Positions 36,006 to 48,500 of a DNA stretch of 64,000 nucleotides are shown piece by piece. A model generated the notes under the pieces. That model made no database searches and had not been told where the DNA came from. It saw only the letters and a program-made list of their open reading frames with translations. A program made the translations under genes and the position numbers. Each line of letters begins with the position of its first letter. Position 1 is the stretch's first letter. Source of the stretch: Podarcis liolepis (Eukaryota); NCBI GenBank assembly GCA_965112155.1, contig OZ218107.1; one strand, written 5' to 3'.

Positions 36006-39000
36006 AGAGAGCAACATTAAATAGTACAGTTAGAGAAGAATCATGTGGTTGTTCACTCTGTAGTAAAGCCCCACTGTATCCAGAGGTGTTTACTCTCAGG
36101 TAAGTGCAACCATAATGTCTTGTGTACAACCACAGTTAAATACTTTGTGTTCAGATTTTTTTTTAAAGAAAGGAATAGCCCAGCCATCCAATCTAGAAAA
36201 AACCACCCATCCCGCTTTTATTTAATAGAATGTTAATTATTAAAAAGAATTATAGGAGCCAGCTTACCCATTTCAAGATACTCATAAAACAATCCAAGTT
36301 TGCCAATGGGTTGTAGGTGGTAGTCCTGTTCCCAGCGAGGGACAACTTTCTCAGACCGTGAAGCTGAACAAAATCTTCCAATCAGGTTCTTAAGCCACCT
36401 ATGAATGGAGATCACCAGCTAGATTTATTCTTTATGGTAGAAATCATGCAATTTTTTGTCCAATATGGAATAGCTAAGTCTGCCTCTTTGCTTTTATAAT
36501 AATGGGCTCAGTTTTGCCTTTTCTGGCAGATACAGCCAAGGTCAAGCTACATGTTACACTGGGAGAGCCATCCATTAGTTCATCTGTATAGGCTCTGATG
36601 GATTTGACCTGTTTGGATCCTCATTTTTCTACCTTAAAAAAATAATGGAGACAAAACAATAGAGAATAGGGATTCCATTCATGACCTCTTCATGGTCAAA
36701 AGCATATGTTGCTGTGTTTTCCATTGATGGAGACTAATGTTTCTGGACCTTGCTTTAATCCTCTGCCACTTGTTTCTTAAAATTTCCAGCATGCCATAGT
36801 GTCATAGTTTGAACCAGTCCTACGTTTCAGAAAGTAAAATAAGGCACAACTATCACACTGTTCATTAATATTTCCCAAATCTGTAGGATTGGATGAGGCT
36901 GTTTCTCACCTCCTATGGAGTCCTCATGAATTTCTGATCATTAAAACAGTTTTTTTAAAAAAATCGGTTGCAGCTTTTTGTGTTTTAGGGGCTGCCTTCT
37001 GCTGTGAGCTCAAAGCAACCAAGAGGTTTAAATTCAGGTTCACTAAAAACAACCACCCTGTATTCAAATTCAGGTTTGGTTTTGACAACTAGCTATCAAC
37101 ACTATTTACTTACGGAAGAAGCACTTCTTGTATATTATTCCAGATTGCTTTGCCTCCCATTATTATTGTCAGTTGTGTTGTAAGTTCAAGGAGACATCCA
37201 CCTGGATCACACTAGGATTGGAAGAAGAAGGGGGAGGGTGGACATGAATTTTTCCAGCTCATTAGCTGCAGGGAATGAACTTTCAATTAATGAAAACATA
37301 TTAAAATATATTCTGTTACTTCAAAAAGACTAGCATAATGTTTTGTTTGGCATCATTCTATTCAGATAACTCTCCAGAAAAATGCACAAACCATCTAACA
37401 TTGGTGATTATTACTAAAAAAAGTAACACCTTCATTTTTAATAAATTTGCTTCATTTATACCAGACTTTTTCTTCGAAAAGCAAAGAATAGCTTACATAT
37501 GGCTCCTGTAGCCTTCAGCTCACAGAGTTTAGAGGTTAAACTTGTCTGCAGCAGAACTACATTTACCTTTAACCATAATCTGTGCCCTCCAAAATAATTG
37601 ATTACCAGCGTGGGGATAGCATATAGTTAATCTTGCAGTCAAGGACACTCGCTCAGAAGCCTACTTCCAGAACTTGCCCTGCTTTTAGGCAGTGAAGCAA
37701 GAAGTTGGAGGGTTCTGAGTGCCTTGCAGTTGCCTGCCTTGGGTCTAAAAGTTAGCTTGCTGTCCTCGGATATGGTGCAGGTTTGCGTCCTATTGTCAGT
37801 GTTGAAAGAAGAATCACAGAGTGAAAGGCACCATATTGCCTTTGTCCTGGGCAGCAAGATGTCTTGGGCTGGCCCTATCTGCTTCTGTCAGTGCCCTGAC
37901 CTGAATCAGGGCACTTACATTTCTCACACTTTAGTTATGTGGGGTAGTGGTGGGGAGAGTGGAGGGGCTGAAGCAGCCCCAAAGATTCTTTTTACAGGTG
38001 TGGAATAGTAACAGCGCCGTGTTGTCTATAGTGGTATTGCCATTTGCAGTGTTCACAGCCATTAAGGGAAGTAAGCAAATCACCTGCTATTTCAAGCAAC
38101 GTTGACCATTTTGTGAGGCCTCTCCATCATCATATTATCATCACCACCATGTTATTATTTCTACCCTGCTCATCTGGCTGGGTTTCCCCAGCCACTCTGG
38201 GTGGCTTTCAACAGAACATTAAAAACAGAATAAAACTTCAAACATTAAAAACTTCCCTAAACCATTGTAGCTACCGTATTTTTCACACCATAGGACGCAC
38301 CGGACAATAGGACGCACTTTGTTTTAGAGGGGGGAGAACAAGAAAAAAAAATTCTCCCCCTCTCTGCCCAGCGCCCCTTCAGTGAAGCAGCAGGAGGCAA
38401 TGCACAGAGAGGGGGAGAACTTTCCCCCTCTTGTTTTCCCGCTCTAAAACAAGGTGCCGTTTAAGGTGCGTTCAGGCGGCTACCTTGGAAGCCTGGAGAG
38501 TGAGAGGGGTCGGTGTGCACTGACCCCTCTCGCTCTCCAGACTTCAGGTTCCTTTCGACCTGCTCTTTGGGGCTGGGGGGGGGAAGCCCACCACCAGCCC
38601 CAAAGAGCAGGTCAGGGAGCAGCGGAAAGGCGCAGCGGAGAGGCTCCTGCCATAGCCGCGCGTCACCTCTCCAGCCGGGAGAGGGTCGCGGGGGGCTGCT
38701 TTAGCCCCCCCCACGCGCTCTCCCGGCTGGAGAGGTGACGCGCGGCTATGGCAGGAGCCTCTATAGCCGTGCGTCACCTCTCCAGCCGGGAGAGGATCGC
38801 GGGGCTATGGCGTCTTCGCTCCATAGGATGCACACACATTTCCCCTTCATTTTTGAAGGGGAAAAAGTGTGTCCTATAAAGCGAAAAATACGGTAAGTTA
38901 TTTTTTGGGGAGAGGGGGATCAGTGGTGGCTGCAAGAAGCTACGGCACCTGAGGTTTGGTGGAATATGAGCTTGGAGGACTTCGGACTCAGCTCAAAATG

Positions 39001-42000
39001 GCGGTAGCTGTGAAGCTGAGTTCTTCAGTTTACCATTGCGAGATCGCAATCCCACCAAACCTTAACACCATCACTGCTTCCCATGTATCTCTTGAAACTG
39101 ATGAAGTGGCCAAGATTCAGGGCCACACTAGATGTTACACGCATACATGTATAATATTACCACGATGGGCTTTTCAAAAGTCAAATTAAGCTTTTGAAGG
39201 GGGAACTGGGAAACGTGCAGCAGAAGCAGCAGTGTTCATCTTCTGTCTGTTTTCCTACTTTGAAGTTTATGAAAAGCAGTTAGTCAGGAAAGGGTTAAGC
39301 ATCTGCTTTTCCTTCTGCACAAAAATTCTTTAAAAATGATATTTGGCTAATGTTACTTCCATCTATGTGTAACATCTGGTTTGACCCTAAGACTTCTAGC
39401 TGAAAAAAAATTAAAAATGAAGAGAGGACAGCCCACTGCAGGTAGTTCATTCATACCTCTTCATTTCTGTATTTCCCCAGCCAATAAACAGGGTCGCCAG
39501 GGTAACCTACAAATTTACCCTTAAAGAATGCAATGTAGAAACAGGAAGAATAATAGTTGACAAATTGGAACAAGAACATCTTCATGGTGAGGCTGTTTTC
39601 ATAATCGGTCTGCGTCCTTGGCAGTTCTGTAGTTTAAGGGGTGAGGGAGAGAGAAATGGTTAACTCGAGAAGAGCTTTCGAGATATGTATGTCGTAGACT
39701 TGAATACAATTTACATCTTTATAATTTAGATTATTTGGAGTTCTCTAATATACTGTAGCCATTATGTTAATTTCATGACAACGTGTTATAAAAAGGGGGG
39801 GAAATATGTGCTCTTCCACACAAGAACAAGCAGCAATTCTCAATGCAAAAAGCCTCCAGCAGATTCAATACATAATGAACATAACATTTTGATGTGATGC
39901 AAATGAAAGAATATTAAAATGAAGCTACTTTAGATGCGCCAAAATAGGACAGCTCCTTTAATGTAAATGACCTGGATGGGAAGGAAACCAGCAGTGTTTG
40001 CTCTGTTTTCGCTATTTACTAAGGCATGAAGGGTTTCAAACAGTGATTCTTTCCCTTTTTATTTACAAGAAAATGACTACGCTATCTATAAACAGTACCG
40101 AATGTAATTGAATGCATTATGCAGTGCTGATCCATTTTCATAAGGCTGGAATTATTACAGTAATCTTCCGTGCTTTGTCAGTTTCATAAATATACAGCTG
40201 TAAACAATTGATCTTTCATGCTGGCTATAGAAGGATTCCTTAGGCAAGGAGCTGAATGTCATTTCTTTGTTAACTGAGAAAGCCTGAACTTTAAAATCTT
40301 TAGAAGTCGTTGCAAGCAATGGTGGGGAAAGTTCTCAAATACATGGCAGAGGCATCCTCTTTTGCTGAGTTACCCCTTAAGAACACAACGTTTTTCTCCA
40401 TTTACTCTGAAAGGCTTTGTAGCTGGGGCAAGAGATCATCTTACCAAAGTCAGTAATCATGATTGCTACTTTCTCATAGATCATGTTCAGAATCATAATG
40501 ATGATGAAGCTTATGATGGAAGCAGAAACTGAAGTTGCTGCTTGCGGAGTCAAGTACTTCTGGATGGCTTCAGTGCCATTGATATGCCTTGGGAGCGTTG
40601 CGGAAAACACCAGGAAAACAGACAGCCTGTAAACGATTATGCCAATAACCGAGGCGATAATGAGCAGGATCTGAAATCAAATAACAACATAACTGCTATG
40701 TAATAAGCATGATATATTTTATGTGTCACATATATACGCATACATAGCGTGCACACACAGATATTTAATTGATGAATTTATTATATAAACACAGTAACAT
40801 ATATAATTACAGAAAAAGTAAATGAAACTATAAATACAAATATATTAGATTTATACATTATTCAAAAGTGTGATTAAATGTATCAGTAAGTGTCTATGCA
40901 ATCGTTAACACCGACTTTCCTTTATGCCACTGATTGATTGTATATAGCAATCAATATACTATTATTCTGATGCATATACCTACAATGCATTTCATTCCTC
41001 TCATAATAAAACTTCCTGAACATAATTAAACTCCCAAATCGTAACTCATTTTTTAAGACATTAAATTTCCCCCAGCAGTAAATATGGGTTCGCTGAATCT
41101 TAGGGCTGCCATATGATCAGATTTTCCTGGACAGTACTGGGATTTCCAAGCTGGAATTGAAGTCTGGGGGGAATTTCTGGGCGGAAATTGTCCTGGATCT
41201 TACGCAAGTCAATTGAAAAATTGTATTTTGGGGGCTTATCTCAGAAAAAAGCTTGGGTCTTCCTAAGAAAAAGCTCAACAACTTCTTGTCCTGGATTTTA
41301 CTTCTTGAAAGCTGGCAACCTATGAATTTTCTACTTCATTTCTGGTACAGAAAACATTTCCTACAACAGCATCCACAATATCTATTTGTGCGGGAGAAAA
41401 CAGGTAGGTGAGCACTGGGAACTGGAAATGGAGGGTGAAAGAAAAAGTGGAGAAAGGGAGATAGACAGGAACACAAGAATAGCATGCAGTGCAACACTCT
41501 GTAATAAATTTCACCCCTCCAGCCCTGAATATAATTTTAGTTTCCTCCTTTTGCCAGTTGCCTCTGCTCATTGCAATGTCCTTCCTTCTCATAGCCCTGT
41601 GGTATGTTCCTTAAGAGGAAGATTACAGTAGCACTTCCATGGCAGTATCTACAGCCGTGCTAATGACAATCCTACCACTGGCATTGGCTAGTGCACATTG
41701 GAACTATTTTTGAAACTCTTCCAGGATGCCACACATTTCCCCCCATGGCTGTATAGACTTCTTTTAGTTTCTCCTTTGAATTAAGCTGGAATTGGGGTGG
41801 GGTGGGGAGCAAAGGACACCCAGCTTTGCTCTCTTAATCAGATGAAATGGGTAGGAAAAGACGCATTACAGTGGTACCTCTGGTTATGTACTTAATTCGT
41901 TCTGAAGGTCCGTTCTTAACCTGAAACTGTTCTTAACCTGAAGCACCACGTTAGCTAATGGGGTCTCATGCTGCTGCTGCGCCGCAGCCACGCGATTTCT

Positions 42001-45000
42001 GTTCTCACCCTGAAGCAAAGTTCTTAACCCAAGGTAATATTTCTGGGTTAGCGGAGTCTGTAACCTGAAGCGTATGTAACTTGAAGCGTATGTAACCCGA
42101 GGTACCACTGTAATCTGTAACACACTATTGAACCAGATGCCTGGAACAACACATCCGAAAAAAGTGGCAGGAAAGGTAACGAGGTTTAGACTGACCATCA
42201 CTTCATGGCAAAAAAACCATTATGTTTTCTCCCAAGTGCCAGGCCAGCCGTTATCTATCTCAGCTCCCTAGAACATGAGTCCTATTATAGAAGCTGCTGG
42301 TATCATGTTCTGCTGTGCACATACGTATCATTTGTAGATGTTTTAAAACGTACCTTTGAAATATAACCTGTGAAGGAAATGAGCCAAAGTATCCAAGAAC
42401 TCAAGCTGATGCAGAAGAGGTAAGAAGGGGGTTCAGAAGAGATGGGGGATCGAGATGGGAGTAAGGAGACAGAAATCCAGAAATGGAGCCATCAGGAGAG
42501 AAGTCCAGCTAGGCAAAAACACCTGAAATTCAATGCAGGATAGCATAAAAAGAGGGAGAATGGGACAAGGTAAGGGATCAAGCCTGGCATAAGGAAGAAA
42601 GATGCTTTCTTGGAGGTGAGGGAGAACAAAGTGAGGAATCCTTGCCATTCTGAGATCCAGTTTAAAGGCACAGTTGCTCGCATGGCTCAATTCTCGCAGT
42701 GCCTCGCACTGTCTCCTTTGAAAGGAGAGCTGTTTTCAATGTGTTCTTAAGACAAAAATAACCCATGAAAAGCTTTAAAATGTCAGGCTGGAACTTTCTC
42801 CAATATTAGATTTCCATGTGCAGAAATGTATTAATGTAGCAAGTTGCGTTTTGTTCTGTTTTTAAGAAAAGTCCTGTGCAATTCTGAAGCAGTACAGCCA
42901 TGAGAAATGAGTCCACCACAGGAACAGCCGTCCTTCAGGAAGGGGCCATAACCATTTAAGCTTTACAGAATCTATCATGCTGACGAAGCTAAATAAATGA
43001 CAAGCAGCAGTTGTGGAAACTTTACCCAGAATAAGACAGCACTCGTGCAGAAGGTCATTCTCACGCACTTTCCACAAGCCGTGTAGGGGATATGCTCTTC
43101 TTGCTGTGAAGAAAGGGGATCGAGAAAGAATTCCTTTTGTTAATATGCATATTTCTTTTCCACGTAGCTCAGTGTTTCAGGAAAACAGTTCGTTTGTGTG
43201 GTTTTTTTGTTTCCAGATTAAAATACTTTGCTTCACATATCGCCCTCAACCTGTCTGAGCATTGTTGAATCTAGTTTTGAGAGGTTTAGTGGGTTATCAC
43301 GCTAAAATCACATACTCCCCCCAAAAAACATGGGCTTCCCCCAAAAAACTATGCAACTAGTTCCATGCATCTAAAGGAGCTTTGAGTTTCTCGGAACAAT
43401 AGTTCTCCCAATATCATTTAGGAAAAGGCTTTTGGAATTGTAAGGAATTTCAAAAGCAGTGCACGATATCCCCCAACACTGGCCCTGTTGTTAGATAGAG
43501 AGAGGTTGTTACCTCAGGCAAAAGGTTTTGGGTGTCATGGAAGGGCAGCAAATGGTTAACTTATCTAATTTATGATCACCCTATCTTCTCTCTGAAGGTG
43601 AAAATAAACTAATCAGCACTGGGTACTTGGCACCATGACATTTGTGTCAGTGTGTGGGTGATGGCAGTGGTGGGACCATTTGGTGTTTTGCCTCAGGCGG
43701 CAAAAATGTCTTGGGCTAGCCCTAGATATACGTTGGAGATATGGTCTTCAAAGGAGAAAAGGTTCCGAAGCCCTTGGCCATGCCTAAAGTAATTCTGTGG
43801 ATCATTTCCAAATGTATGAAAAACATACTGTGAAAAATATATTGATTTCTTTGAATTGCTGTCATATGACATTGCCCTCTCAGAGTCTGGTTCTACCTCT
43901 CCTGCACTTGAATGATCACAAATATTTTCTGCTTTATCCATGGACAATGATTTGTTCCAAGGCAGACATGCCTCTTCTCCTTCCCTGGCATCAGTTTAAA
44001 AGTTGCTCTGCCACCTTTTTGATTTTAAGTAAAAGTAAAAAGCAAAATGTGCTTTTAAGTTTCTGTCAAAGGAAAAGCTTACAATTTGAAGGGATTATAG
44101 AAAATTCCCTTTGCTGAAAGCAGAGAGACAGCACTGAGATTTGCTTGAAAATAATGCAGTTTCAAAAATCTCACTACTAACATTAGCTATTGTTTAACAC
44201 AAGATGCAAGCAGTTGAGACCCATTCAGGTCAATAATCAACTGACTTAAAAGTAAAAGTAAATTATACTCGCTGTGCAATAACAAATAGGTATCTGATCA
44301 CCATAGCATAACCTGAAAGCAGTTTTCCCCTACATGAGAGTGGTAGGTGATATGCTTTTTGATGCTATTACAGAAACATTAAAGAATTGGCAACAAAGAA
44401 CAAAACAGTGAGAAAAACAATTTCATTGCTTTTCAGCACCAAAAATGGAGAATAAAAGATTTTTCTTCAAAGGGCTGAAGCTAGATTTCAATACTGGAGG
44501 ATAATAATCTTACAATAAAAATATTGTAGGAAAAATGCCACATATTCATAAATGCTAATCTGGAATTCTCCATGTTTGGGAAGATGATATTAGGTGCAAA
44601 TTAGCTGGCATGCCTTCATGAGTATCAATATTCTTGCTATATTGGACTACAGAATGAAAGAGATAAAGCGCAGGTGAGATATTTATTTAGGTCAATTTAG
44701 CAAATTGAATTTAATGCATAGGTGTACAAACATCAATACCAGCCGTGTGTCACAAAAATTCTTAATATCTAAACTATATTCGGTCTTCATAAAATTGAAA
44801 TTAAAATAGTTTCTTGCCATTCTTCAGCCACATATATATTGTTAAGCTTGACATTTTAGCCACCTTCCAATTTTTTGCTGACCATTCTTTCAGAGTAAGG
44901 ACAAAGTCATCACACTATTTCTTGGTAATGAAACTATTTGCGACAACAAATTCCAGACTCTTTCAGACAACTCAAAGTACTGCAGCTGTTGTTTTTGTTT

Positions 45001-45526
45001 AACCAGTAATGCCCTGAGTATCTCAGGGAGCTTCTTTCTCCCATACAACTTGCATAGTGTTTCAAGTTCTGCCAATAAGTTCTGCTCTAGAGTTTGTCCT
45101 TGAGAAGATAAGGATTCAAGGCATCAGGAATTCTGTCCCCTGGGAAGTGCCAGCAGTAGTCTCTGCTCAGAACCAGGCAGTGGGAGGTTGTTCCACTAGA
45201 GCTAATGGGGCACAGCCCTACCAAGGATAATGGCAAGTGATTACAAAAAATATATATATAAAATGAAATCAAAACCGCATACTGTTTCACACACATTGAA
45301 TCCTTCCATTTGAATTCAAGAGAGGCTCTGCAGACATTTCTGTCAATCTACCATTCTATAGCCAATCAGATCTCTGAACCACTCAGCCAGTCCTTATCCA
45401 AAAGTATAGCTCAAAGCAAAGAGGTCCCTCTCACGTATTTCTGAGCTGAAAAGCCATGTGAAAGTTGAATATTGCTGGTGAAAGCATTGTTATCCAAAAT
45501 TAGTTTGAGGTTTCTTACTTTTAAAC

Positions 45527-45584
<58 letters not shown>

Positions 45585-48500
45585 AGCTTTAAATTGCTTT
45601 ATACTGTAAACATTGGATTTATTTTCATGTGTATGTTTGGTTTTTTTGGAAACCACCTGTGAACACTAAAAAAGAAAAGAAAAAAAAGCTGGTGCATCAA
45701 TATTACAATAAATAAATAAACTTCTGTTCACATGGTACCCATTGTAGTCATAGAATGATTTTCTTTTTCATCATATAGCTTTAGATTTGTGTTGTAGTAT
45801 ATTATGCAAGCACCTGCCTCATACCCAACATCATATTAAATAGTTCCCCTGCTTTAGAAAATATAAATCAATTCATTTCAGATGGAGATTATGGGAAGGC
45901 ATTGTAAACTATCCCCCTTTACTCCATAATCCTCCACGTAAATTACAATCTGCTATGAAATATATCCTTTGAGTCCTAGTTATGGCTGATGACATGAGCC
46001 TTATTTATTGATGGCGAGACTTGCCCTCAGAACAGCCTCCTTTCGAGGATGAAATAAAGTTCTAATATGAGAACTTTACTAGGTCATTAGAATAAGTTTG
46101 GGTCTTTCCCCCCAGAGCCGAACTATGAATTTAAAATGTGCAGTACTCAGGCAGTGACAAACTTATTATATAATTGAAAACATAATTGAAATATAACAGA
46201 ATGAGGGCCAGAGCTCAGTCGTGGAGCATATCCTTTAAATGTGTGAGGTTCTTGGGATGAATTCCCAGGCTAGGAAAACTCCTGCCTGAAACCCAGGAGA
46301 GCAGCTGCCAGTCTGTGTGAACAGATGGGTTAGTGGTCTGCTTTAAAGCTCGTCCACCCTTCCACACTAGAATGCATGGGTCCGAATGGTTTTCTGCTTG
46401 ATCCATGCTTTCTTAGGCATGGGACTGAACAGCTTTTCATTTGCCCCAGGGGTGTAGCTTAGGTTGCCAGAGCCCGGGGCCATGCGGAGGGGTGGGAGGG
46501 AAGGAAGGAAGGAAACGGACAGAACGCACTTGTGCATTCAACTGCCTAATAGTGTCCACATCACCCAAGAGATCGCAGCCACTGAGATAAGAAAAGAAGA
46601 GCCATTCCATTGTCTGGAGCAGGCACAGGCAAACTCCGGCCCTCCAGATGTTTGGGACTACAATTCCCACCATCCCTAGCTAACATAGGGTTACCAGATG
46701 TCCCCGGTTCCCGGGGGCAGACCCGGGATTTGCAAATGTGTCCCCAGACAAATTCCGTCCCTGGAATGTCCCCAGATTTGCAAATCTGTCCCTGGGAAAT
46801 GTGGCAGCGGCAGCCTCAGCAGCCCAGAGCCAGCCTGTTAGCGCAGTTGGCTCTGGCTGGCTTCAGGAGCTGCTCACTGCCGTGGCACCCAACATTTTTC
46901 CTGCACCACGGCAGCAAGCAGTGAGCAGCTCCTGAAGCCAGCCAGAGCCAACTGCACTAACAGGCTGGCCCCTCCTGGATAATGGCCGCCCACCCATGAC
47001 TCCAGAGCCTCCTCTGATCTGTTAAAACAAAGGGGGAAGGGGGAAGGAGTTCAAGGAAGGCTTGGAAGTCACGGGCATTTATGTTTCACAGAGTGCAAAA
47101 GAAGGGCTTTGCACCTTTGTACAATATGCATGTGTGCTTGGGCCCAGGGTCTTTTGCCTCACCATCCCCACAATTGACTCCCTGTTGCTACTCTGCTTAA
47201 AAAAAAAGTGTCCCTGGATTCATTGAAAAAATCTGGTAACCATAAGCTAACAGGACCAGTGGTCAGGGATGATGGGAATTGTAGTCCCAAACATCTGGAG
47301 GGTCAGAGTTTGCCTATGCCTGGTCTGGAGAGGTCACTTCCTGGTTCACATGGAGAAGCCATTTCCAATAGAGCCCAGCAAAAGAAATGTGCATTGGGTA
47401 TTGAAATTTTGTGCTCCTAACAATTTTGTACCCAGGGCAACTGCCCCGTGCCCACCTCCACTACGCCACTGGTATGCCCCACCACTTTCCCTGGGGAATC
47501 CCCCTCTTCACTGCTGAATTGGAGCAGACGTCAATCCTTGGGAAACCCAACTAATGTTTGCTCTGAGTCTGTGGTAAAGAGTGGCTTTCCCTGGGGAAGC
47601 AGTCGGACAAGAAGAAGTGTGGACGACCCCATAAGTATATGGAACCTCCCTATGCTCCTATGTAAAGCTTCTTTACCACCGCTCTATTCTCTGTTAGCAA
47701 AATCTCTTGGTTAATCAAAGATTATTTTGTTCTCTTAATTTTGAGTAATTCTTGTAGGAATTCAATTGGCAACACATTTGCCAATTTTCGTTACGAAAAG
47801 CTGATGGCCTCTGAAGTGGTGAGAATCGATGTAACTGTTAGCAAAGACAAAGATCATCACACTAATTCACTTCACCTAAATGTCTGATCTGACTTTTAAA
47901 ACAACCCTGTCAGAATTTCTAGGTTTTTAAAAAATATCTTTATATTTTGAGCATCTTTAAGCATTAAAACTGCTGAAAACCAAGACTGGGTAACAGGAAG
48001 TGGAATAAGACTATAAAAAGCCGCTATATCTCAAAACTAGTGTCTGCTCTCTCCTAGTATTGCCAACAGTGATGTGGACTTCAAATTCATCCTTCCAACA
48101 TTTCTCTGATGAAAACAGGGACATCCTATTCCATACCCTCCAACATTTCTCCAGTGGAAATAGGCATGTCCTAAGTAGGACCTTCCAGGATCAAGTCAGA
48201 AACCAGTACAGCTTCTGTAAATCCAGGACTGTCCCTGGAAAATAGCGACACTTGGAGGGTCTGTCAACTCGGTTCTAACTAAGTTATACTCAGAGAAGAA
48301 CCACTGAAATTAACCAGCCCATGTTAGTCATCTTTGTTCATTTATGCCAAGAATTACTAACAGTGAATACAACCCCAGGTTTCCTGAAGATGCTTTTCCA
48401 AGCCTTTCCACCCCAAATTCCTGAGGTTGGAGTTTTATCTATGTAATATTTTATTTTATATATTATTTGCTTAAAGTATTAATACCAAGGCAGGGTACAA

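Larger units (their letters stand above)
46447..47471. mobile_element. Outer, older hAT-like element hosting two nested insertions
   Basis: CAGGGGTGTAG / CTACGCCACTG ends; flanks ATTTGCCC / GTATGCCC (6/8). Confidence 0.5.
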
